Positions 1 through 8,829 of a stretch of DNA of 64,000 bases are shown piece after piece. The stretch spans positions 96,100 to 160,099 of the forward strand of contig CAZIZX010000002.1 in NCBI GenBank assembly GCA_964544275.1, written 5' to 3'. This stretch comes from an uncultured Gammaproteobacteria bacterium. GTDB lineage: Bacteria; Patescibacteriota; Microgenomatia; UBA12405. The notes under the pieces are model-generated. The model ran no database searches. It was given only the letters and a program-made list of their open reading frames with translations, and was not told the DNA's origin. Both the position numbers and the translations under genes were made by a program. Numbering within the stretch: position 1 is the first letter of the stretch; each line of letters begins with the position of its first letter.

Positions 1-370
1 GTAGGTAATCCAAAAAAATTTAATGAGGTTTGTTTGGATTCAATCAAGCTGGAGGCTTCAAGAAACAGGCAGAGTTTGCCAAAGGTGTTGGAAAGGGTAA
101 GGCGGGAAATAAAAGGCCTACCGAAAGGGTGACTTCAATAGTGGCTTTTCCACGCTAAAAAAACGTGGCGGAGGACTATTTTCAGAGCCTAGACTCTAAA
201 AAACGCGACCTCCATACAAGAAGGGTAGCTAGAAAAAACACCTTCTTAAAGATCCCCTTAAGGTAGGTTGAGATAATTATAGCATTGGAAAAAGTTTTGA
301 ATTGCAAGAATAAGGTAAGAGTATTAGTTTCGGGCTATTGTTTTGAGGTGAAAAAAGATAAAATGAGAAT

Positions 371-613
371 ATGCCTAAAAAAATTAATAAAGAAATGTTG
401 ATTGGGGAGATTATCGAGAAACACCCGGAGTTAATTGAGGTATTGATGGACGATTACGGGTTTCATTGTGTGGGTTGTTTTGCGGCGGGAATGGAAACGC
501 TGGAGCAGGGAGCTGAGGTCCATGACATGACGTCAGAGGAGATAGATAAAATGGTGATGGCTTTGAACGGAATACTGGAGGGTGTAAAAAAAGAAAAAGT
601 CAGGAGTGGGTAA
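371..613 (+). CDS. DUF1858-type small redox/disulfide domain protein (hybrid-cluster-protein-associated family)
   Basis: 80 aa ORF. The HCVGC motif and overall layout resemble the ~70 aa DUF1858 family. Preceded by an AT-rich leader. Confidence 0.45.
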   Translation: MPKKINKEMLIGEIIEKHPELIEVLMDDYGFHCVGCFAAGMETLEQGAEVHDMTSEEIDKMVMALNGILEGVKKEKVRSG

Positions 614-812
614 GCGGGCGGATTTTGGGACAATCAGCAGTATGGGTGCAGCTGGGTTCGGTGTGGTTGTTTTCGGCACAAGACACGGCTAGGGCTAGGG
701 TGTCGGCGAGTTTGGCGACGATGTAGTTGGGAGTAAACCCGTCGAAACGATTCATTATGGCCTTAACATAGAGGCACTGAGAAGGCGGGATGGGAATGAT
801 CTCGTGAGTCAT
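600..812 (-). CDS. hypothetical small protein (uncertain)
   Basis: 70 aa ORF in a locally GC-rich stretch, lying between the DUF1858 gene and an M50 protease on the same strand as the protease. No recognisable motif. Confidence 0.2.
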   Translation of the reverse strand: MTHEIIPIPPSQCLYVKAIMNRFDGFTPNYIVAKLADTLALAVSCAENNHTEPSCTHTADCPKIRPLTHS

Positions 813-833
813 TAAAAAATGGTAGCATGATTT

Positions 834-1421
834 TTAGGGGAGAAGGAGGTTGAGGACGGTCTGGATGGCGGGAGACAAGATCAGCCCGACAATATTTGAA
901 CCGGCAATGGGAAAAAAGAGAACGACGATTAAGAGGATTGGGCCATAACGAGTGAGGCTGTCTTCCCATTCGAGGGAGGAGTCGATAGGAAGCAGGTTAA
1001 AAAGGATTTTGGAGCCATCCAGGGGAGGGATGGGGAGAAGATTGAAAAGGGCCAAAGAAATGTTGATGGCAACTAGGAAATATAAGGGGACCAAATAGAG
1101 AGATAGAAGTCGAATAAGAAGTGAAATAATCAGGGCGAGAATTAGATTGCTGGCCGGACCGGCCAGGGAAATCAGGAGTTCGTCGCGGCGGGGGTTTTTG
1201 AGATTATAAGGATCGATGGGGACAGGTTTGCCCCAGCCGAAACGGGCAAAAAAAATCATGATGGTGCCGATGGGGTCAAGGTGGCGGAGGGGATTGAGGC
1301 TGACACGGCCGTAAGATCTGGGGGTGGGATCACCTAGTTTGTCGGCAACAAAGGCGTGAGAAAACTCATGGACGGTGATGGCTATTGCCAGGGCCAGTAA
1401 AGATATGATTGCGTTTTCCAT
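834..1421 (-). CDS. peptidase M50 family (site-2 protease / SpoIVFB-like) membrane metalloprotease
   Basis: HEFSH zinc motif in TM1, polytopic membrane profile, and the LPIPPLDG motif typical of the M50 family. Confidence 0.6.
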   Translation of the reverse strand: MENAIISLLALAIAITVHEFSHAFVADKLGDPTPRSYGRVSLNPLRHLDPIGTIMIFFARFGWGKPVPIDPYNLKNPRRDELLISLAGPASNLILALIISLLIRLLSLYLVPLYFLVAINISLALFNLLPIPPLDGSKILFNLLPIDSSLEWEDSLTRYGPILLIVVLFFPIAGSNIVGLILSPAIQTVLNLLLP

Positions 1422-1458
1422 GTTTCAAAAATGTGGGACTAATGTTATAGTATACCCC

Positions 1459-1665
1459 ATGAGAAGATGTAGTTTATGCGGAAAAGGAACCGTTATCAGT
1501 CGAAACCGGTCTCATGCCCAAAATAGAACACCAAAAGCTTACAAGGCTAATATTCAAAAAGTAAGCTTGGATTTGGCCGGAGAGAAAATTGGCGGTTATT
1601 TTTGTACCAAGTGTATCAAAAGATTAAAGAAAGAGGTAAAAGATTCACTGCCAGTTAAGGAGTGA
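1459..1665 (+). CDS. rpmB: 50S ribosomal protein L28 (bL28)
   Basis: GKGTVISRNRSHAQNRTPKAYKANIQKV matches the L28 core (G..NRSHA.N.T). Start placed at the internal Met at 1459. TGA stop. Confidence 0.75.
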   Translation: MRRCSLCGKGTVISRNRSHAQNRTPKAYKANIQKVSLDLAGEKIGGYFCTKCIKRLKKEVKDSLPVKE

Positions 1666-2518
1666 TGCGGTAATAATTTTTGATTTGGTCCCAGGATGTG
1701 GGTTTTTTACCTTGGATTTGGACTTGATCGGGGATAAATTGGTTATCCTTGACTTTACCTGAGAATATTTTCACGGTCATTTTCACGTTATCCCGAGTTT
1801 TTATGTCAGTCCAGGCTATCGGCCAGGGTTGCATGGCACGGACGAAACGTTCAATTTTTTGGGGCTGCCAGGACCAGTCTATTTTGGCTGTATCTTTGGT
1901 GAATTTGGGAAAATAGCTTCTCTGGTGGTGATCCTGTGGGATTAGCTTGTTGGGGTTTTTAATATAGGATTTGAGAGTATTTTCCAGATTGGAGGCAGCC
2001 AAATCAAAGGCTTTTTGGTAGAAAGAACGGGTGGTTTCGGTGGGTAAGATGGGAAAGGGTATTTGGGCAATTATCGGTCCGTGGTCGGGTTTTTCATCAA
2101 TTTGAAAAAAGGTGACGGCACTTTCAGTTTCACCGTTAATAACTTGCCAGGGGCCGGGGGTGGCACCGCGATATTTGGGTAGAGGTGAGGGGTGGATATT
2201 GACAACTTTGTATTGGGGGATATTAATCATTTCCAGAGTAAAGTAAGGCGGACCATAAGCGACAATTAGTCCTAAGTCGGGCTTGAGTTTTTGGTATTGA
2301 GTAATAAATTTATTATTAAAGTCGAGAGGTTGGAGGAGAGGGAGGTGGTGTTGGCGGGCGAATTGGGATACCGGATTGGGTTGGACTTGTTGTTGGCGAC
2401 CGATGGGCTTGTCGGTTTTGCTGACAACGGTAATTACCCGGAAATCAGGAACTTTGAGTAAAGATTGTAAAATGGTGACTGAGTAGGGTGAAGAGCCAAA
2501 AAATATTATCCGATACAC
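1655..2518 (-). CDS. fmt: methionyl-tRNA formyltransferase
   Basis: N-terminal formyl-transferase fold (FFGS..., the HPSPLPKYRG motif) and the C-terminal Fmt domain. Divergent from def, which follows. Confidence 0.85.
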   Translation of the reverse strand: MYRIIFFGSSPYSVTILQSLLKVPDFRVITVVSKTDKPIGRQQQVQPNPVSQFARQHHLPLLQPLDFNNKFITQYQKLKPDLGLIVAYGPPYFTLEMINIPQYKVVNIHPSPLPKYRGATPGPWQVINGETESAVTFFQIDEKPDHGPIIAQIPFPILPTETTRSFYQKAFDLAASNLENTLKSYIKNPNKLIPQDHHQRSYFPKFTKDTAKIDWSWQPQKIERFVRAMQPWPIAWTDIKTRDNVKMTVKIFSGKVKDNQFIPDQVQIQGKKPTSWDQIKNYYRITP

Positions 2519-2538
2519 AATCAGATTATAACTTAAAT

Positions 2539-3135
2539 ATGAGTAAATTTGATAAAATAAGAACTATGAAAGATATTGTGGTGTACCCGAATAAAGTATT
2601 GCGGCTGAAAACCAAAGAAATCAAGAAAGTTGACAGCGGTCTTTTGACAGATATTAACAGTTTGACAAAAGTCCTGGAAAAAAGTGAAAACGGGGCCGGG
2701 CTGGCAGCCCCGCAGGTGGGGATGAGAAGAAGAATTTTTGCCAGAAAGGAGTTGAAATCAGGTAAAGTGATGGTGTTTGTAAATCCAAAGATAGAAAAGG
2801 TCTATGGGGTGAAAGATTATGTAAATATCATTAGTAAAGAGGTGTCGGGAGAGGAAAAGCAGGATAATTTTTTGGAAGGATGCCTGTCTTTTCCAGGGTA
2901 TTTTGGAATGGTCAAAAGACATATGAAAATTGAGGTATGGTGGCAGGAAATTGAAAAGGGGAAATTAGTTGAAAAGAGTGGTCTATTATTGGGGTTTGAA
3001 GCGGTGGTGTTTCAGCACGAGTTGGACCATTTGGACGGAATTTTGTTTGTGGACCATGTAAAGGCAGACGGAGGGAAATTTTACAAGGAAGTCGGGGGAA
3101 AACTAATCGAGTGGGATATTAACGAGTTGGTTTAG
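2539..3135 (+). CDS. def: peptide deformylase
   Basis: The three PDF motifs are present: GLAAPQVG, EGCLSFPG and HELDHLDG. The ORF opens at 2488 but the likely start is the Met at 2539. Confidence 0.85.
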   Translation: MSKFDKIRTMKDIVVYPNKVLRLKTKEIKKVDSGLLTDINSLTKVLEKSENGAGLAAPQVGMRRRIFARKELKSGKVMVFVNPKIEKVYGVKDYVNIISKEVSGEEKQDNFLEGCLSFPGYFGMVKRHMKIEVWWQEIEKGKLVEKSGLLLGFEAVVFQHELDHLDGILFVDHVKADGGKFYKEVGGKLIEWDINELV

Positions 3136-5094
3136 CAGTTCTGAAGCCTGGGTATTGGCGGGGGCGAATTTGAGGGTTAATTCCAAATTTTTGATGGCAT
3201 CGGGGATATTTTGTTGTTGGTAGTAAATTTGGGCCAGATTGAAGTAGGCGTGGTCGTAGTTGGGTTTGAGAATGATAGCTTGTTGGTAGTAGGAGATGGC
3301 CTGGTCTTTCTGGTCGACAGAGTCGAGGAACTTGCCCAGAAGATAGAAAGTTTTGGCGTCGGTGGGAGCCAGGTGGGAAACGCGAAGAAGAGAATCGATG
3401 CTTTGAAGGAAGTGTTGGGTGTCAATCGAAGACAGGTAATAAAAGACCTGGGCTCTTTCTTTCCAGAAGCTGGTATTGGCAGGAGAGAGAGTGATGGAAA
3501 TATCGGAGTGGTGAATGGCCTGATTTAAATAATACTGTTTTTTTTCGGTTTCGGGTTGAGTGATGGCCAGTTTGGCTGCCAAAGATGAGATTTTGCTATG
3601 GTAAAGTGGTTCGTTTTTGTAATTGAGGCTGCGAGTTAGCTGGTCGTAGGCAGCAGAGTAATTGTTCTGGGAGTCAAGCGTTTGGGATTGGGCATAGGTG
3701 ATATCGGCTAAATAGGAAAAAAGAATCTGGCGACTGAGTATCAGCAGTAGAAGGAAGGGTAGGTAGGTAGGTAAACGTTTGGGTTTGGTTGGTGAATAAG
3801 CGGGGGGGGTGGTGACTAGAGTAGGTAGCAAGAAGAAAAAAAGAGAAGTAATCACTACGGAAAATCCGGCAAAGTTAGTAATTAAAAGACTGATGAAGGC
3901 CGAAAAGGCGGGAAGAGCGTGGGGCAAGTTGGGTTTGGATAAATTTTTGAAGAGGAAAAAAATTATAGCTAAAATTAAAACAGCGTAACTTAATAAGCCA
4001 AAAGTTCCGGTGGTGGCCAGGTGATTTAGGTATTCGTTATGAGCTTTGTTGTAGAGGAAATCCCATTCCGAGGTAAGGTTGTGAGATGGTGGGCGGGTCC
4101 AGTAATATGAATAAGCAAATGTTTCGGTGCCGGTACCAAAATAGGGGAATTGACGCCAAAGATCCAGGGCACCTTGCCAGACGATTTGGCGGATGTCTTC
4201 GGATGGGGTGATATTGATATTGGAGTCAACCGGGGGTTGGGTTGGGGGTGGACTTTCCGGGAAGAGGTAATCATGGATGGGATTTTTGACAAGAAGGGAG
4301 AGGACCAAGATGAGCAGGATAGGGAAGAAAATGATGGGTTTGAATTTTTGGAGGCGAATTTGGCGGAGGGTGAAAATTAAGAAAAAAATGGAAAGAGAAA
4401 TAACGGCGGCGATAATTCCGGATTTGGATTTGGTAAAGAGGAGACTTAGATAAAAAGAGGCGGTGAGTAGAAGGAAATAGAAACGATGGAAGAGATGGGG
4501 TGAAGAGAAAAATTTGGACAGGGAAAAGGGAAGGAGAAGACAAAGATAAGCAGCCAACCAGTTGGGTTGACCTAAGGTAGAGAAAACCCGAGTTTGGACA
4601 TCCTGGACCCAGAGGTGTTTGTCGATGCCAAAATGTTGGAGAATGCCAAAAACGGAGACTAGTAAGCCGGAGAATAGAAAAATGTTGACGATTTTTTGTT
4701 TGAAATCGTGGTCGAAATAAATTTGAGCAATAAAAAAGAGGGTGCTAAAGGATAAAAGCGATAGAAGTCCGCCGTTGAGTCGGGAATAGTAGCCATAGAT
4801 TGAAGTGTGGAGGTCAATTGAAAGGACGGTGGAAATGACTTGGGAAAGAAGGAAAAGCAGGAGGGGGAAATTTAAAAAGGATTTTTGGACGAGAGGATAC
4901 CGACGGTTGAGGACATTAATCAGATGAAGGGAAAGAATGACGGATGTCAAAAGGTAGACGAAGTGCATTTTGGGGAGTTCGAAGAGTTCAGAATTTTGGG
5001 AAGCGAAAATCAACGGGGTGAAAAGAAAAAGCAGAAGGAAGGAAATTTTTATGAGCCGGGTGGTCTTTTCCATAAGGAATAGTATACCTTGCAT
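3103..5094 (-). CDS. O-antigen ligase (Wzy_C)-like polytopic membrane protein with C-terminal TPR repeats
   Basis: Multi-TM region with the Wzy_C-like segment (RVFSTLGQPNWLAAYL). The C-terminal ~200 aa contain TPR-like repeats (AISYYQQAI..KPNYDHAYFNLAQIYY). Confidence 0.5.
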   Translation of the reverse strand: MQGILFLMEKTTRLIKISFLLLFLFTPLIFASQNSELFELPKMHFVYLLTSVILSLHLINVLNRRYPLVQKSFLNFPLLLFLLSQVISTVLSIDLHTSIYGYYSRLNGGLLSLLSFSTLFFIAQIYFDHDFKQKIVNIFLFSGLLVSVFGILQHFGIDKHLWVQDVQTRVFSTLGQPNWLAAYLCLLLPFSLSKFFSSPHLFHRFYFLLLTASFYLSLLFTKSKSGIIAAVISLSIFFLIFTLRQIRLQKFKPIIFFPILLILVLSLLVKNPIHDYLFPESPPPTQPPVDSNINITPSEDIRQIVWQGALDLWRQFPYFGTGTETFAYSYYWTRPPSHNLTSEWDFLYNKAHNEYLNHLATTGTFGLLSYAVLILAIIFFLFKNLSKPNLPHALPAFSAFISLLITNFAGFSVVITSLFFFLLPTLVTTPPAYSPTKPKRLPTYLPFLLLLILSRQILFSYLADITYAQSQTLDSQNNYSAAYDQLTRSLNYKNEPLYHSKISSLAAKLAITQPETEKKQYYLNQAIHHSDISITLSPANTSFWKERAQVFYYLSSIDTQHFLQSIDSLLRVSHLAPTDAKTFYLLGKFLDSVDQKDQAISYYQQAIILKPNYDHAYFNLAQIYYQQQNIPDAIKNLELTLKFAPANTQASELLNQLVNIPLD

Positions 5095-5111
5095 TTTGTT
5101 ATACTTTTAGA

Positions 5112-6227
5112 GTGATTAGCCTATCTTTGACAGGAAATAAAATTGGAAATGTATTGGCGCTTTTGAGTTGGGATATTGGAGTAGATTTGGGTAGCAGCAA
5201 TGTTTTGGTTTATTTAAAAGACAGGGGGGTGGTAATTGACGAACCTTCAGTCGTTGCTAGGCAAAAAAAGAAAAGATGGACTGGGTTGTCGGCGCCGAAG
5301 AGGGGCTATGTGGGTCCAATTGCTTTTGGGTTTAAAGCCAAAGAGATGATTAACCGGGAGCCGGGGCGAATTGAAGTAGTGAGACCATTGGTTGACGGAA
5401 TTATTAACGACATGGAAGCGGCGGAAATGATGATCAGTTATTATCTGAAGTTGTTGTATGAAATTCCGAGTAAGGGGATAAAGATATTTAAACCAAGAGT
5501 GGTGGTGGGTGTCCCCAGTTTTATTAGTAATGTTCAAAAGAGAGCGGTGAAGTCAATTTTTATGAAATCAGGGGTAAGCGAAGTGGTGTTGATTGAGGAG
5601 GCGGTGTTGGCGGCGGTAGGGTTGGGTTTGGCAAGCGATAAATCAAACGGATTAGTAATCGTGGATGTGGGTGGAGGAAAGACGGAGGTGACGGTGGTGT
5701 CGATGGGAGGTATTGTTTTGGGAAAGTCGGTCAGGGTGGCAGGGGAAGACTTTGATGAGGCAATTGCCAATTATATAAAAATGAAATATGGACTTTTGAT
5801 AGGTAAGAACAGTGCCGAAAGAATTAAGATTGAGTTGGGAAATGTATCCGAAGATTTGGGGGACAAAGAAAAAAGTTCGATAGTCAGGGGCAGGGATTTG
5901 GAATCAGGATTGCCTAAATCTATCAAATTGAAGGAGAGTGAAATTCGGGAGGCCTTGAGTTTGGAAGTGGGGAAGATTGTTCGAGTGGTGGCTGAAGTAC
6001 TGGATGAGACTCCACCAGATATGATGGAGGACATTTTGAGACGGGGGATAGTGATGGTTGGGAACGGCTCGTTGATGAAGGGACTGGATGGTTTGATCGA
6101 GAAGAAAACAAAAATCAGTACCAGGGTGGCAGATGATCCTGGAACTTGCGTTATTCGAGGCTGCGGTGAATTATTGCAAAACAGATCGCTTTTTGATCGA
6201 ATAAAATTAGTTTCGGGGTTGGGCTAA
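5112..6227 (+). CDS. mreB: rod shape-determining protein MreB (actin-like ATPase)
   Basis: Actin-fold phosphate loops are present: DLGSSNVLVY, VDVGGGKTEV and MVGNGSLMKGLD. End-to-end similarity to MreB. Confidence 0.7.
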   Translation: MISLSLTGNKIGNVLALLSWDIGVDLGSSNVLVYLKDRGVVIDEPSVVARQKKKRWTGLSAPKRGYVGPIAFGFKAKEMINREPGRIEVVRPLVDGIINDMEAAEMMISYYLKLLYEIPSKGIKIFKPRVVVGVPSFISNVQKRAVKSIFMKSGVSEVVLIEEAVLAAVGLGLASDKSNGLVIVDVGGGKTEVTVVSMGGIVLGKSVRVAGEDFDEAIANYIKMKYGLLIGKNSAERIKIELGNVSEDLGDKEKSSIVRGRDLESGLPKSIKLKESEIREALSLEVGKIVRVVAEVLDETPPDMMEDILRRGIVMVGNGSLMKGLDGLIEKKTKISTRVADDPGTCVIRGCGELLQNRSLFDRIKLVSGLG

Positions 6228-7894
6228 TGAAAGAAGAACTAATTTCGTGGAAATATTGGTGCATTAGAGTGATACTTTTTTTGAGCTTTGGTTTATTGCT
6301 GGTGGCAATTTTCCGGTTAATGATAATCAGGGGTAAATATTATCAGAGTTTGGCCAGGGAAAATAAGGTTTATGAGACTTTGATACCGGCGGGCAGAGGC
6401 AAGATATTGGATCGGAAAGGCAGAGTGGTGGCTGAAAGTATTTATCAGTACTTCAGAATGGATGGAGAAGAGAAGGTTTATGAAGAAGGAGGCGAGTTTG
6501 AGGGATACAAGTTTGAAGGAAAAGATTTGGCTTATGATTTGAAAAGACAGTACCCGTATGGTGAGGCAACGGCGTTTGTCAGTGGATATGTGAGCAAGGC
6601 TGATAGTAAAGACATTGAGAATGACAGGTGTGGAATAAAAATTGGTCCGAATGATAATTTGGGACGAGGGGGGGTAGAGGAGTATTTTGATTGTGAATTG
6701 AGAGGTAGTGATGGCAGGAGGTTGATTGAAGTAGATGCCAAGGGTAAATATGTTCGGGAATTAGGCAGACAGGAGCCGGTATTGGGTAAAAATTTAAATT
6801 TAACAATAGATGCGTATTGGCAGGAAAAAATTTATAAAATGGTGAAAGGTAAGAAAGTGGTGGTGATCTTGAGCCAACCGGATACCGGGCAGATTATATC
6901 GATGGTGTCGTCGCCCGCGTTTGATCCCAACGATTTTTCCTATATGAGGGATAGCGTGGCGATAAGTAATTATTTGAATGATCGGGATAATTTGCCATTG
7001 CTGAATCGGGCAATATCAGGGCGATACCATCCGGGTTCGGTATTCAAAATCGTGGTATCTACTGCCGGTTTGGAAAGTGGACTGGTTGGCAGGAATACTT
7101 TATTTGAAGATACCGGAGTGATAAAGATCGGAGATTATTCTTATAAAAACTGGTTGTGGACGAAGAGCGGTGCTACGGATGGAATGGTTGACATGGTAAA
7201 GGCGATAAGAAGGTCGAACGATATATATTTTTATAAATTAGGAGAGACGATTGGGCCAGATAGAATAAAAGAGTGGTCGAATAGATTTGGATACGGTACG
7301 AAAACCGGGGTGGAGTTGGTGGGTGAGTTGCCGGGCGTAGTTCCGGATGATCGATGGAAACAGGAGGTTAAAGGCGAGAGATGGTATTTGGGCAACACTT
7401 ATCATTTGTCGATTGGACAGGGAGATTTGGACGTGACGCCATTACAGGTGAACCAGATGACGAATATAATTGCCAACAAGGGTGTTTGGTGTAAAATGAC
7501 TTTGAATAAGGACAGAAAAGCAGAGTGTGAAGACCTGAAAATAAAAAGAGAAAACAGGGAGACAATAATTGAAGGGCTGGTTCGGGCTTGCGGAGAGGGG
7601 GGGACGGCTTGGCCACTTTTTAACTTTAAAACAGAAATTGCCTGCAAAACGGGAACAGCAGAGGTGGGTGACGGGAGCTGGGACACCCATGCCTGGTTGA
7701 CGGCTTATGCACCAGTTGATAACCCCGAAATTTCCATCACGGTAATGGTGGAAAGGGGTGGTGAGGGTTCGGATGTGGCGGCGCCGATCGTGGGGGATAT
7801 TTTAAAAGAGTGGTTTGATGAGTCGGAGACAATTGTTCCCCGATATGATGAAAGTGGAAAAGTTATATATGGTAGAGGGGAAACGGGTGAGTAA
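6227..7894 (+). CDS. mrdA: penicillin-binding protein 2 (peptidoglycan D,D-transpeptidase)
   Basis: N-terminal TM segment. SVFK (SxxK), SND and KTGTAE motifs of the transpeptidase domain. Start codon overlaps the mreB stop. Confidence 0.8.
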   Translation: MKEELISWKYWCIRVILFLSFGLLLVAIFRLMIIRGKYYQSLARENKVYETLIPAGRGKILDRKGRVVAESIYQYFRMDGEEKVYEEGGEFEGYKFEGKDLAYDLKRQYPYGEATAFVSGYVSKADSKDIENDRCGIKIGPNDNLGRGGVEEYFDCELRGSDGRRLIEVDAKGKYVRELGRQEPVLGKNLNLTIDAYWQEKIYKMVKGKKVVVILSQPDTGQIISMVSSPAFDPNDFSYMRDSVAISNYLNDRDNLPLLNRAISGRYHPGSVFKIVVSTAGLESGLVGRNTLFEDTGVIKIGDYSYKNWLWTKSGATDGMVDMVKAIRRSNDIYFYKLGETIGPDRIKEWSNRFGYGTKTGVELVGELPGVVPDDRWKQEVKGERWYLGNTYHLSIGQGDLDVTPLQVNQMTNIIANKGVWCKMTLNKDRKAECEDLKIKRENRETIIEGLVRACGEGGTAWPLFNFKTEIACKTGTAEVGDGSWDTHAWLTAYAPVDNPEISITVMVERGGEGSDVAAPIVGDILKEWFDESETIVPRYDESGKVIYGRGETGE

Positions 7895-7910
7895 TTTTGT
7901 CGGGGTTGAA

Positions 7911-8531
7911 ATGAAAGGTTTCCCAGTTGGTTTGAGAGAGACAGTTGGAGGACTAAGAGGATTGTATTGTTTGGGAAATGCAGAATTACTAAAGAATATA
8001 AAAATGGTAGCGGTGGTGGGAAGCAGAAGTATGAGTGGGTACGGAAAAAGGGTGGTGAGAGAGTTGGTACCGGAGCTGGTGAAGGAGGGAATAATAATAG
8101 TGTCGGGAATGGCGTTTGGGATAGACGCGGAAGTACATAGGGTGTGTCTGGAAAATGAGGGAAAAACAGTGGCGGTGTTGGCCAGCGGGGTGGATATAAT
8201 CAGTCCCAAGGGAAACAGAGGAATTTATAATGAAATATTGAGTAAGGGAGGGTTGATAATATCTGAATACAAAGATGGAACAACTCCGGACAAGGTTAAA
8301 TTCCTCGAAAGAAATAGAATTGTGGCCGGGTTATCGAAGGCGGTGATGGTAGTTGAGGGTGGAAGAAAAAGTGGGACTCTGGTAACGGCCAGATTGGCTA
8401 GTGATTATGGTAAAGAGGTATGGGCGGTACCGGGAAGGATTGATGACGAAAATAGTTTTACGCCGAATTATTTGATTAAGAACGGGGCGGTACCAATTTG
8501 TGAAATTAATGATATGATAAGCCAGATATGA
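7911..8531 (+). CDS. dprA: DNA processing protein DprA (Smf)
   Basis: Rossmann-like DprA core (VVGSRSMSGYGKRV...SGMAFGIDAEVHR...). Immediately upstream of topA, which is the conserved dprA-topA arrangement. The ORF opens at 7815 and overlaps the PBP2 end; a start at the Met at 7911 was chosen. Confidence 0.7.
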   Translation: MKGFPVGLRETVGGLRGLYCLGNAELLKNIKMVAVVGSRSMSGYGKRVVRELVPELVKEGIIIVSGMAFGIDAEVHRVCLENEGKTVAVLASGVDIISPKGNRGIYNEILSKGGLIISEYKDGTTPDKVKFLERNRIVAGLSKAVMVVEGGRKSGTLVTARLASDYGKEVWAVPGRIDDENSFTPNYLIKNGAVPICEINDMISQI

Positions 8532-8829
8532 GGATTAAAGAAAAAGCTGAGCAATTATATGAAACCTGGAATATTTCCAGGATGATCGGTTCGAGGGAGA
8601 ACAGGGTGTTAATGATGGTTGGAGATGCCAATGGTGGAGGTGAGAGTCGGATTGAATTTAATGATCCGCATGAGCGGCCTTCTAGGGTAAGTGCTTTTAT
8701 CAGGGCGTGTACCGAAAGTGTGGCAGTGAAGATGTATGTTTTCGATAAAAGTGGCGATGAAATAAATGGGATGGAATTTGCGCCTAGGAAGTCTTGACAG
8801 CTTGACAGGGGTGTTAAGATAGTAGGACA

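Noticed and set aside
3177-4543. Several 80-105 aa ORFs on both strands within the 3103-5094 membrane-protein gene.
   Set aside because: Overlapping alternative-frame ORFs with Pro/Ser-rich low-complexity translations, inside a gene with clear Wzy_C/TPR signal.
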